From Candidatus Latescibacterota bacterium (GTDB taxonomy: Bacteria > Latescibacterota > UBA2968), in the NCBI GenBank assembly GCA_965208125.1, contig OZ242320.1, forward strand, positions 320,001-384,000: 64,000 bases of DNA, given 5' to 3'. Shown piece after piece: positions 9,819-19,137 of the stretch. The number at the start of each line of letters is the position of its first letter. The stretch's first letter is position 1. Under the pieces are notes generated by a model. That model was not told the origin of the DNA and searched no databases. It was given only the letters and a program-made list of their open reading frames with translations. The position numbers and the translations under genes are program-made.

Positions 9819-10598
9819 ATGCGACAGAATATTTCGGGCATCCTGGAAGAAATGACCATTGACGATGTGCGATTACTCGCGCCCAATGTGGCGGTCATCC
9901 CCATAGGCTCCACCGAACCGCACGGACCTGCATTGCCCTATGGAACGGACAACTTTCAGGTCGAATACGTCGCTTATGGAAGCACGCGCAAAGCCAATGA
10001 ATTGGGTGGGCGCGTCCTGTGTTTGCCCACACAGCGGGTGAGCTTAAACAACAACTTCCGCGCTTTCCCATTCGCGTGCCGCATGCAAGTCCCCACATTT
10101 ATGACTCTATTGAAAGACCTCGTGGCAATGTGCCGCGCGGAAAATGTACACCGCATAGTATTCATCAATGGTCACGGCGGCAACCCCGACGCCATCCGCG
10201 CAACACAGCGCGATTTAGCCGCGCAAGACGGACTCTTCACATGCTTGATCAGCACGGGATCCTGTGCATCGGAAGACGCAAAAGCCATATGGGAAAATCG
10301 CAGCGATCACGCAGGCGAAGAAGAAACCTCCCAAATCCTGTTCTTGCGCCCCGAACTCGTTCGCGAAAATCTGATAGCCAACAACCCTCCCCAATATCCC
10401 AAATTGAAAACACTACGGGAATTTAGCATAGACTTTGTGCGCCCCTGGCATTTGTATTTGCCCACATCCGCTGGCGGAGATGCGCGAAAAGCCTCAGCGC
10501 AAAAAGGTGAGACCGTCTTAAACTCAGCCATAGAAGGAACCGGTCAATTCCTATCTGAACTATCACAGGCAGAGGACTCAGAGACGTTTCCTTATTGA
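9819..10598 (+). CDS. Creatininase-family amidohydrolase
   Basis: PIGSTEPHGPALPYGTD, NGHGGN, DHAGEEETS. Confidence 0.85.
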   Translation: MRQNISGILEEMTIDDVRLLAPNVAVIPIGSTEPHGPALPYGTDNFQVEYVAYGSTRKANELGGRVLCLPTQRVSLNNNFRAFPFACRMQVPTFMTLLKDLVAMCRAENVHRIVFINGHGGNPDAIRATQRDLAAQDGLFTCLISTGSCASEDAKAIWENRSDHAGEEETSQILFLRPELVRENLIANNPPQYPKLKTLREFSIDFVRPWHLYLPTSAGGDARKASAQKGETVLNSAIEGTGQFLSELSQAEDSETFPY

Positions 10599-10610
10599 AA
10601 GGACTACAGC

Positions 10611-11699
10611 ATGATCACCTACGACACACTCGGCGTAAAACCATTTATCAATGCGAGTGGCACCATTACCACACTGGGCGGCAGCTTAATGCCAGATGAA
10701 GTGCTGGAAGCGATGTGCATAGCGGGAGGATCATTTGTCGATTTGAATGACCTGCTCGTAAAAGCAGGCGAATATCTGGCAGACCGCATTGGCGTACCTG
10801 CGGCCTTTATCTCTTGTGGCGCAGCCAGCGGTGTACAATTGTCCGCTGCGGCGTGTTTAACGGGACCTGACATAGCAAAAGCGCGCCAATTGCCGCATAC
10901 ACAGGGATGGCAAAACGAATTTGTAATCAGCCTGGTCGATAGCCATACGTACATCCATCAGGGCATTGAAGTCTGTGGAGGCAAACTCGTACGAGTAGGC
11001 AGCAAACAGGCGGTAACCAGCGAAGATCTCATTGGCGGAATCGGCGAAAAAACAGCGGCTGTGGTGCATTTTTTGGGCAAACAGAGCAAAGAACAGCTCG
11101 CAGAAATCATCGCAGGCGCCCAAAAAAAAGGCGTGCCCGTCATGGTAGATGCGGCTGCGCAGTTACCTCCCCGTTCAAACTTAACCGAATTCGTCGAAAT
11201 GGGTGCAAGCCTGGTGACATTCAGCGGAGGCAAAGGATTGTGCGGACCTCAAAACAGCGGTCTGGTCGTGGGAAAAGCGGATTATGTAGAAGCCGTGCGG
11301 ATCAACGCGAGTCCACATTCGGCAATTGGACGCGGCATGAAAGTCGGCAAAGAAGAAATCCTGGGATTAATCGCGGCTGTAGATCTATTTTTGAGCCGAA
11401 GCGATGATGAAGACCGCCAGCGCTGGCACGGACAAGCTCGCATAGTGGTAGATGCAGTCAAAAACATCGCAAACGCCTATGTGATGACCGAAGGACAGGA
11501 CGCCGCGCCCGAATTCGCGCCCCGCGCATACATAGACCTGCCGGAAGAACAGCGCGATGCCGTAATCCACGCATTGAAAGAGGGCGATCCGTCAATTGTC
11601 GTGCGGCGAAGTCCCAGAGGTATTTTGATCGACCCCATGACCATGCAAATGGGTGAAGAAGCCATAGTCGCAGAAAAATTGCTGGAGGTATTGACATGA
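10611..11699 (+). CDS. SelA-like PLP-dependent enzyme (DgaE / D-glucosaminate-6-phosphate ammonia-lyase-like)
   Basis: INASGTITTLGGS, VDAAA, FSGGKGLCGPQNSG (PLP lysine), IGRGMKVGKEE. At 362 aa it is shorter than canonical SelA. Confidence 0.8.
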   Translation: MITYDTLGVKPFINASGTITTLGGSLMPDEVLEAMCIAGGSFVDLNDLLVKAGEYLADRIGVPAAFISCGAASGVQLSAAACLTGPDIAKARQLPHTQGWQNEFVISLVDSHTYIHQGIEVCGGKLVRVGSKQAVTSEDLIGGIGEKTAAVVHFLGKQSKEQLAEIIAGAQKKGVPVMVDAAAQLPPRSNLTEFVEMGASLVTFSGGKGLCGPQNSGLVVGKADYVEAVRINASPHSAIGRGMKVGKEEILGLIAAVDLFLSRSDDEDRQRWHGQARIVVDAVKNIANAYVMTEGQDAAPEFAPRAYIDLPEEQRDAVIHALKEGDPSIVVRRSPRGILIDPMTMQMGEEAIVAEKLLEVLT

Positions 11700-12523
11700 T
11701 CGACGCGCATTTACACCTCACGCACAACGGCAGATCGGTTGAAGAAACCATCACACATATCGAAGCCATCGGCGCGGAAAAAGCCGTAATGCTACCCATT
11801 GAAGATGGCGACGACGAATTTGGCTGGATGACCGAAGACATAGTAAAGGCGCATCGGGATTATCCGGACACCATCATACCCTTCTGCCATGTAGATGTCA
11901 CGCGGAAAGACGCCGTACCCGAACTGGAAAAACGCGCCGCCAGCGGCATATTTAAGGGCTATGGCGAACAAAAACAGCACCTGCGATTGGACGATCCGCG
12001 ATTGGAAAAAGTACTGGCAGTCTGCAATGAATTGAACTGGCCCGTAACCTGGCATTTTCAAGAAGGCGAGCGGGGATATAACCAGGGAATTGAACACCTC
12101 GAAGTACTACTAAAAAAATTTCCCAATATTAAGTTCATCGGCCATGCCCAATCGTGGTGGGCGCATATCAGCGCCGACGTACCCGCTCCCGAAGAGACCC
12201 TGTATCCCAAGGGCGCGGTCAAACCCGGCGGCTTAATAGATCGGCTATTGGCAGACTACCCCAATATGTTTGCCGATTTATCCGCGGGTTCGGGTCTGGG
12301 CGGACTGATGCGAGACGAGGACTTTACCGCGGGATTCCTGGCGCGGCATGGCAAAAAATTGATGTTTGCCACGGACTGCCCGTGCAGAGATGGCAAAGGT
12401 GCGAGCCTCTCCCGCGGCGCGTGTTTCGCGCAATTGAGCCTGCCATTCCTCAAACGCATGCTCGCCCCCGACGCACTGGAGTATATCTTGCACAACAATG
12501 CAGTGATGATTTTAAATCTGTGA
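11696..12523 (+). CDS. Amidohydrolase_2 family protein
   Basis: IDAHLH, GYGEQK, TWHF, FIGHA, ADLSAGSG, MFATDC; ATGA overlap with the upstream gene. Confidence 0.8.
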   Translation: MIDAHLHLTHNGRSVEETITHIEAIGAEKAVMLPIEDGDDEFGWMTEDIVKAHRDYPDTIIPFCHVDVTRKDAVPELEKRAASGIFKGYGEQKQHLRLDDPRLEKVLAVCNELNWPVTWHFQEGERGYNQGIEHLEVLLKKFPNIKFIGHAQSWWAHISADVPAPEETLYPKGAVKPGGLIDRLLADYPNMFADLSAGSGLGGLMRDEDFTAGFLARHGKKLMFATDCPCRDGKGASLSRGACFAQLSLPFLKRMLAPDALEYILHNNAVMILNL

Positions 12524-12546
12524 AGACTATCATACAGGGGCGTGGT

Positions 12547-13458
12547 TTGAAAAAAGTTTATGTATTGTTGACAATGGACTGCGAGACGGCCAGATTCGAC
12601 GTGACCCCCCATGCCAGGCGAATGTCGGGTAGTGGCCCTGCGGATTATCGGGAGAGTGAACGATCGATCTATTTTTACGTTGAGACAGCAAAGGCTTATG
12701 GGTTTCCGGTCACGCTTTTTGCGCACCCGGAGGTAGCCCTTGAGAACGCAGATCTGCTTCAAACGCTGCAGGATCAGGGCGCGTGTTTGGGGCTGCATTT
12801 GCATCCATACAAGCTCAGAGGGGGGAGATACAAATACGATCTGGGCGCGTATTCTCCACGTACACAGCGCGAGATTATTCAAGAGGCAATGCAGGTATGG
12901 ACGTCTGCGCTGGGCAAGGCCCCCAGTTATTTCAGGGCTGGTTATTTTTCGGCCAATGATTGCACATTCGGCGTGCTGCGCGAACTGGGATTTGTGGGTG
13001 GCAGTCTTTCAAATCCAGGGCGGGTTTTGCCCGCGCACTGCAGTGTTTGGGCCGGTGCAGAACCCTATCCCCACCGGGCGCATCTGGGATTTCGTTTGAT
13101 TCGAGGAAATAGCGACTTTATCAATGTACCGGTATCCGCAGCATTTGGCAGACCGGTTGCACAGGGCCATGCGGGCGAGCAGGGTTATGAGTGGTCCTAT
13201 ATCCCGCACACATACGACCACAGGGCGATTATTCGGGATGTACTGAATCGTTTCCGGACCGAAGGTCCCCTGTTTGGCACCCTTGTGACGGACAGCCATA
13301 ATGATCAGGATTATTCCGACCCCGGACATCCCGCAAGGCAGAACCTGGAATTGATACTCAGAACGATTGGGGATTTCTGCGAGCAAATGGAGATGATCCC
13401 CGTGGGGATTACGCTCGATGCCCTGTGTGAGCTTGTTCTGACGGATGGAGACGCGTAG
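12547..13458 (+). CDS. Polysaccharide deacetylase-like (NodB/CE4 fold) protein
   Basis: TTG start at 12547 (the ORF-track extension overlaps the upstream gene). LTMDCE, GLHLHP, YFRAGYF. Confidence 0.65.
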   Translation: MKKVYVLLTMDCETARFDVTPHARRMSGSGPADYRESERSIYFYVETAKAYGFPVTLFAHPEVALENADLLQTLQDQGACLGLHLHPYKLRGGRYKYDLGAYSPRTQREIIQEAMQVWTSALGKAPSYFRAGYFSANDCTFGVLRELGFVGGSLSNPGRVLPAHCSVWAGAEPYPHRAHLGFRLIRGNSDFINVPVSAAFGRPVAQGHAGEQGYEWSYIPHTYDHRAIIRDVLNRFRTEGPLFGTLVTDSHNDQDYSDPGHPARQNLELILRTIGDFCEQMEMIPVGITLDALCELVLTDGDA

Positions 13459-13482
13459 TATGCTATTGAACAGGAGAAACCC

Positions 13483-14301
13483 GTGCGAATCGATTCTCAC
13501 GTACACGTATGGACAATGGGGGCACCGCCGTTTACCCATAACGATGGCATGACCACGCAACGGCCCGATTATCCAGGGCTGGTGGAAAATCTCATCAAGT
13601 ACATGGATCTCAATAAAATCGACCGCACCGTGCTGATCCAGTGCATGTATCACGGATATGACAATCGCTATATGTGCGATTGTTTGAGGCGATTTCCAGA
13701 TCGCCTGCACGGGGTGGCGCTGATCGATCCTCTGGAACCCGACGCGCCCGAAACACTGGCGAGTCTGCACCGGGATCACGGGGTGCAGGGGATGCGATTG
13801 TATCCGATTAAAGACCGGGATGCGTCGTGGTTGTCAGGCCCTGAGCAGCATGCGCTTTGGGAGACGGCACAAAGGCTGAGCGTGCCATTTACATGGTTTG
13901 GACGCTGCCATCAGATTCCACTGCTGGAGCCGATGTTGCAGCAATTCCCCGAGGTAAATGTAATAGTAGATCATCTGGGCGAGCCGATCCTGTCCGAAGG
14001 ACTGAACGGCAGTTTCGGGATCTTGCTGGCAGCGGCAAAATATCCCAATCTTTTTGTTAAAGCGACCCGGATTGATGGGATTTCCGAGCAACCCTGGCCA
14101 CACGAAGATGTGTATCCCTATGTCAGAGCCGTGTACGAGGCTTTTGGGCCTGAACAGATGCTGGGGTGCACGGGATTTCCGGAAAATCCGCAGCGCGGAG
14201 AGGCAGTTGGTTTTCGCGTGCTTGAAGAGATGGACTTTCTGTCAGATGAGGACAGAGCATGGATTTTGGGCAAGACAGCCGATACACTCTACGACACATA
14301 G
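13483..14301 (+). CDS. Amidohydrolase_2 family protein (lactonase-like)
   Basis: RIDSHVHVW, YHGYDN, VDHLG; AGGAG RBS before GTG. Confidence 0.8.
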   Translation: MRIDSHVHVWTMGAPPFTHNDGMTTQRPDYPGLVENLIKYMDLNKIDRTVLIQCMYHGYDNRYMCDCLRRFPDRLHGVALIDPLEPDAPETLASLHRDHGVQGMRLYPIKDRDASWLSGPEQHALWETAQRLSVPFTWFGRCHQIPLLEPMLQQFPEVNVIVDHLGEPILSEGLNGSFGILLAAAKYPNLFVKATRIDGISEQPWPHEDVYPYVRAVYEAFGPEQMLGCTGFPENPQRGEAVGFRVLEEMDFLSDEDRAWILGKTADTLYDT

Positions 14302-14314
14302 GGAAAAGACCGAC

Positions 14315-17122
14315 ATGAAAAGCGCGTACAAACCTGGGGATATCGAAAACGCCCGGCAAAATCTATCTCGCTATGGTTGGGCACAGGAAATCGTGAATGG
14401 CTGGGCGCAAAGCGTTGCATTTGCCATGCAACAAGATCGAGCGTTTTTCGACACAATGATCTCCGAATTGACCCCCGGCACGCATTATGGTCAAAACTGT
14501 CCGAACTGCGTGGGCAAGCAATCGCTAATGGGCGGCGGACTCTTTGACTGGCACATTGACAGCCCGGATGAAATTACTTGTTGCGCCTGTGGCGCGGTTT
14601 ATCCCAACGCACAGTACCCGGAGACCGGCGTACTGGTATGCCCGCGGATGGGTCAGCAGTTTACCTATTATGAAACGCCTGAAGAAGTGGCCGATCCCGA
14701 AAATTGCGCAAAACACGCGCTCAAATGGCTGGGAGACCGCCCCACAATGACGAGTTTTAGCGGTCATATTCGAGATCGCAAAGCAGGCTGGGCGCGAAGT
14801 CAGGCATCGACACTCGCCAAGCTGTACGCAGTAACTGGTGACATTGGATACGCGGAACGCGCGGTGTGGATCCTCGACCGGATCGCCCGGGTATTCCCGA
14901 ATTATCTCTACCATTCCTACGACGGAAGTATTGCGGACTGGTCACCTGCGGAGGTAGCGGCCAACATGGGCAAAGAAGAGGCTGAGGGTGGCCCTCGCGG
15001 AGGGCGCTTTCCAAAAGATGCGATCTGCCACGCCTACGGTTTGCACCAATTTGAGGACTACTCGACACTAAATAACGGATTCTGGGGCGCGGGCCGCATG
15101 AACGTCCACGGAAAGGGAAGCGATGCCGGAGCGCTATATGTACTGACCGTTGCCTACGACCTGATCCGCGATGCAGAATACGCACCTGGCCGCCGATTGC
15201 TGGACGGAGATACGGAGCGACGGATAACTGAGGACCTGATTCTGGCCGGATGTACGGACATGATGCACTGGAACTCTCTAAGCAACAAGGGCACAGCGGT
15301 TTTTGTATTAAGCGCTGCGGTGGGAATGCTTCTGGATCACCCGCAGAAAGTGCGGCACGCGCTGGATGGCTTCAATCGGATGCTGGCGGATCGGTATCAT
15401 CACGATGGTTTTTACTCGGAATCGCCATCCTATTCGGCTCACAATCTTTTCAACGTGCATGAACTGGCCGACTTGCTACACGGATATAGCGATCCCCCCG
15501 GTTATCAGCCAGAAAAAGGCGAGCGAATCGAGCAGTTAGACATGTTTTCAAGCGGGCGTTACCCTCTCTCCCTGCTATCTCTGACAAAAATGCTCGCACC
15601 CGGCAACCGCATGCCAGTGATTGGCGATACGCAGTACGATACCGAAGCGAACCTCCTTTCCGCTGAAATCCTCGCCGCTCGCCTCGGCGGCGCGTACGCC
15701 GGCTTGCTGGAACTTATTCAAGGAGCACCTTTATCCAAAAAAGGCGGAGAATACGCGCTGTGGTACCGCCCTTATGACCTGCAATCAGAGGCGGCGACTC
15801 TACCCTTGCATTCCGAGTGGTTCCCCGGCTGGCATGTGGGCGTCTTGCGCGGCGGCCGAGATGACACCGCGCTTTATTTAAACGGCAATGAGCACCAGTG
15901 GACCCTGCAAACCAGTCACCGGCAGCAAGATATCTTGAGCCTGAGCTATTACGCTTATGAGGAGGAACTCGCCTCGGACCGCGGTTACTTTTCCGGCAGT
16001 AGCCAGCAACTACCTGACGGGCGCAGCGGGCAGGTTTGGGTAAAAAGCAGTCTATCGCACAATCTGGTAGTAGTCGATGAGGAAGAGCAGAATAACACGG
16101 CTTGCGGTTCCAACCTGGAATTATTTGGCACATCACCCGGTATTGAAGTCGTACAGGCCTCGGGCGTGAATGTGTACCCCCAGTGCGAAGAATATCGACG
16201 CACCTGCGCGATGGTGACAACGCCGGAAGGACAAACCTATAGTGTGGACCTCTTCAGGGTCAAAGGCGGACGGATCCATCAATACAATTTCCACTGCAAT
16301 GGCTCACCAATGGGCATAAACCCGACAACGCCATCGCCACAGGCAGTAGCTCTGGGAGACGCCTGGGATATGTGGCTCGAAAATCCACGGGCAATCGCAC
16401 CCCAAGAACCGACCACATTTACATGGCAATTTCGGGATGTGAATCTGGACCTGATGTTGTTAAATGTACCAAACCGCATTATTCTCGCAGATGCGCCGGG
16501 CTGGCGGGTTGGAACACCTGAGGAATTGGAAAAACCATCGATCAGACAAATTCTGGCGGAAAACTCGACCAGAGATGACAATGACACACTTACAAGCCAG
16601 TACGCCGCTGTAATTGCGCCCTACAAAACCGGAAATACCCCACTACTTAGCGCGCGATTGCTCGCCGATGATCCAGACGCCGGTGTTCTCGCAATTGAAG
16701 TGAAACTATCGGACCGCACCGATTATATTATCTCAACAAAAGACCAACAAGAGCGACAATTTGGCCCCGTGACCGCTGCCGCGCAATTTGCGTTTGTATC
16801 GGTAAATGATCAAGGCATACAGGGCTATTTGCTGAACGGCACAGTATTGTCGTGTGGAGATCTGCAAATTTCACTAACAGAAGCGAGTACCACTCTAAAG
16901 GTACAGTCGGTGGAGGAAAGTGTATTTCATCTCACAGAACTGTTGCAAAACCCACAAACAGTCGTCGGCTCTTATTTACTGGCCGGAGAGTCACCTCAGA
17001 CGGGTTTTGAAATTGCATCGGCCACAGAAAACGCGATTACCGTGCGGGACTATCCCGCGATTACTTGCGACAAAGTCAGAATCTTAAATTCCGCCTGGGC
17101 GCATGTCGCGTCTTACAAATAG
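14315..17122 (+). CDS. Heparinase II/III-like polysaccharide lyase with an N-terminal Cys-rich segment
   Basis: ATG at 14315. DGFYSESPSY, SHRQQDILSLS...SDRGY, SHNLVVVDE, DLFRVKGG; CPNC and CCAC near the N-terminus; no signal peptide visible. Confidence 0.7.
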   Translation: MKSAYKPGDIENARQNLSRYGWAQEIVNGWAQSVAFAMQQDRAFFDTMISELTPGTHYGQNCPNCVGKQSLMGGGLFDWHIDSPDEITCCACGAVYPNAQYPETGVLVCPRMGQQFTYYETPEEVADPENCAKHALKWLGDRPTMTSFSGHIRDRKAGWARSQASTLAKLYAVTGDIGYAERAVWILDRIARVFPNYLYHSYDGSIADWSPAEVAANMGKEEAEGGPRGGRFPKDAICHAYGLHQFEDYSTLNNGFWGAGRMNVHGKGSDAGALYVLTVAYDLIRDAEYAPGRRLLDGDTERRITEDLILAGCTDMMHWNSLSNKGTAVFVLSAAVGMLLDHPQKVRHALDGFNRMLADRYHHDGFYSESPSYSAHNLFNVHELADLLHGYSDPPGYQPEKGERIEQLDMFSSGRYPLSLLSLTKMLAPGNRMPVIGDTQYDTEANLLSAEILAARLGGAYAGLLELIQGAPLSKKGGEYALWYRPYDLQSEAATLPLHSEWFPGWHVGVLRGGRDDTALYLNGNEHQWTLQTSHRQQDILSLSYYAYEEELASDRGYFSGSSQQLPDGRSGQVWVKSSLSHNLVVVDEEEQNNTACGSNLELFGTSPGIEVVQASGVNVYPQCEEYRRTCAMVTTPEGQTYSVDLFRVKGGRIHQYNFHCNGSPMGINPTTPSPQAVALGDAWDMWLENPRAIAPQEPTTFTWQFRDVNLDLMLLNVPNRIILADAPGWRVGTPEELEKPSIRQILAENSTRDDNDTLTSQYAAVIAPYKTGNTPLLSARLLADDPDAGVLAIEVKLSDRTDYIISTKDQQERQFGPVTAAAQFAFVSVNDQGIQGYLLNGTVLSCGDLQISLTEASTTLKVQSVEESVFHLTELLQNPQTVVGSYLLAGESPQTGFEIASATENAITVRDYPAITCDKVRILNSAWAHVASYK

Positions 17123-17134
17123 GGAGGGATTCAC

Positions 17135-18172
17135 ATGCAAATCTTCGATCGATATTCAGATCTCCTGCATCAGATTGAACAGAAAGGCTATCCATCCCAG
17201 GTACTCGGACATACGCCGGATGGATCGCCTCTGGTATGTATCAGAACTGGGGGGGATAAAACACCGGCTATTTTTATCAGCGCGGGCAGCCATTCGACAG
17301 AACAGGCCGGGGTCGGAGCGGCAATGGGACTTCTGGACGCGCTCGACACAGAACACCAGGTCTATGTAATCCCCACCCGTGATCCAATGGGAATGAACGG
17401 ATACGCGTACGCGCTGGGCTTGAGCCTCGACGAAGAGCCGGAATTAAACTCCGTAGAGGATGTCGAGAAAATTCTGCGGGCACACGGCGAGATCCTCTAC
17501 GAAGAGGATGAAACAGTCGTCGCAATTATAGGCGAATACGGGTATTCGACTGAGGGAATTTTTGGAAAATTCGAGGTGGGAGTCGATTTTCTAAAACCGC
17601 TCTTCGGCCGGCGCATTTTCTTTCCATCGAGTGCCGAAGGCATTGAAGGCACTGCCATCTGCCAGAGAGCCTATACGTTAATTGTCAGTCCAGAGGGCGA
17701 AATATTGCACATCAATCGCTTTCACGACACGGCCTGGTCGCCCGTGGAACCGCGTTGCACGCGCAATTTGATGGCTGAAATTCAACCCGGACTAACACTG
17801 GACCTGCACGAATACGGAGGAGATGGCTTCTGGTTCTCTGCTCGTCACCAGCGCAATGCAGATAATGAAATGTGGGAAAAGCGGATGGCAAATGCTATAA
17901 TTCGAGCAGTTGCTGATTCCGGAGCCAAACTTGCGCCAGAAGGTTATTCGCCCGGATCGTTTTTTGAGACAGGAGAACGCGGCGTATTCTGGTTGATAGC
18001 CCAGGAGCGAGGAGAAGGCCTGAATCTGGCCGATTACGGAGCGCATCAATACGGTCCGTCGTTCACAATTGAGACGGGAATGACCATGCAGGGCGGTTAT
18101 CAGGAGCGTGTGCAAACATCTATGCTGGCAGCGCAAATCGCGATTTCGATTTTTGAAGAACGCTGGCATTAA
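17135..18172 (+). CDS. M14-like zinc carboxypeptidase / deacylase
   Basis: GSHSTE (HxxE), INRF, LDLHE, TIETG; GGGAGG RBS. Confidence 0.65.
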   Translation: MQIFDRYSDLLHQIEQKGYPSQVLGHTPDGSPLVCIRTGGDKTPAIFISAGSHSTEQAGVGAAMGLLDALDTEHQVYVIPTRDPMGMNGYAYALGLSLDEEPELNSVEDVEKILRAHGEILYEEDETVVAIIGEYGYSTEGIFGKFEVGVDFLKPLFGRRIFFPSSAEGIEGTAICQRAYTLIVSPEGEILHINRFHDTAWSPVEPRCTRNLMAEIQPGLTLDLHEYGGDGFWFSARHQRNADNEMWEKRMANAIIRAVADSGAKLAPEGYSPGSFFETGERGVFWLIAQERGEGLNLADYGAHQYGPSFTIETGMTMQGGYQERVQTSMLAAQIAISIFEERWH

Positions 18173-18201
18173 ATAAGGCGTTTACATGCTCATGCAGAAG
18201 A

Positions 18202-18447
18202 TCACGATTCCGCGATTAATGAACGGAGCGCTTTATTCACAGAATTGGAATCGGGGAAATGTTGTTTTACATCTGGATCTAACATAACAGATCCATCTTC
18301 CTCTGTGAAACAGCGGGTTTCTATTGAGCCATCCTCTTTTCTTATTTTAACCGTATGTCCTTCACGGTAAGCCTTAAAATGTTTTCCCCGAACTCCGTCA
18401 GAGAAATCGTATTCTGATCGCATGTTCTTATCTTTATTGGCCTTCAT
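18202..18447 (-). CDS. BrnA-like antitoxin
   Basis: MRSEYDFSDGVRGK...LDPDV...SVNKALRSLI; start overlaps the brnT end. Confidence 0.7.
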   Translation of the reverse strand: MKANKDKNMRSEYDFSDGVRGKHFKAYREGHTVKIRKEDGSIETRCFTEEDGSVMLDPDVKQHFPDSNSVNKALRSLIAES

Positions 18448-18712
18448 AATTGCGTCGCTCCCTTCGGGTAGCTTCTCTACTGCTGATGAGACGAATTCGT
18501 GAGCCTCTTTCTGTATAGGATACAACCAAGAATCTTCCTTTTGATGAAAGTCCCAAATCAATATACCGGTCTTCATTTATCGAATGATCTGGATCATAAA
18601 CTGTGATAGCAAAAGGATCGTTAAAAATTGTTTTTGCTTCTTCGAAACTGACACCGTGTTTACTCTCATTCTCCCTGGATTTATTCTCATCCCATTCAAA
18701 TATCAGTGACAA
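18434..18712 (-). CDS. brnT: BrnT family ribonuclease toxin (DUF497)
   Basis: FEWDENK, KHGVSFEEA, EDRY, RIRLISSREAT. TTG start with GGAG RBS; AT-rich module. Confidence 0.9.
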   Translation of the reverse strand: MSLIFEWDENKSRENESKHGVSFEEAKTIFNDPFAITVYDPDHSINEDRYIDLGLSSKGRFLVVSYTERGSRIRLISSREATRRERRNYEGQ

Positions 18713-18810
18713 TGGTCATCTCCATTTTGCTTGATTTGTTACATCTGTAGCATTTCAATAATAGCCAAATTTCACGCGTACTACAAGAGAAGAAATTTGA
18801 AGGATACATA

Positions 18811-19125
18811 ATGGACAATATCTTCACATGCATACCGCAATCTCTGGAAAATGAATTTTTTGAAGTCTTGCTAACGGATAAAAGCCTGAAAATAGAGCGT
18901 ATTGTTTCACGCGGACACCGCTCACCTGCTTCGGGCTGGTACGACCAGGAGCAAAACGAATGGGTGATGGTCGTACGCGGCAAAGCAATCATCTCGTATA
19001 AAGACGGCTCGTCAGTCCACCTCAAAACAGGAGATCATATTCATATACCCGCCCACACCGAGCACCGAGTGGCGTGGACGGATCCCGACAATGATACAAT
19101 TTGGTTGGCCGTGCATTACCCGTGA
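18811..19125 (+). CDS. Cupin domain protein
   Basis: IERIVSRGH, WYDQEQNEWV, IPAHTEHRVAWT. Confidence 0.8.
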   Translation: MDNIFTCIPQSLENEFFEVLLTDKSLKIERIVSRGHRSPASGWYDQEQNEWVMVVRGKAIISYKDGSSVHLKTGDHIHIPAHTEHRVAWTDPDNDTIWLAVHYP

Positions 19126-19137
19126 AGGGAACGCGTT

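Noticed and set aside
10611-11699. Selenocysteine synthase SelA
   Set aside because: Shorter than canonical SelA, catabolic context, and no selB, selC or selD nearby; fits the DgaE-like subfamily.
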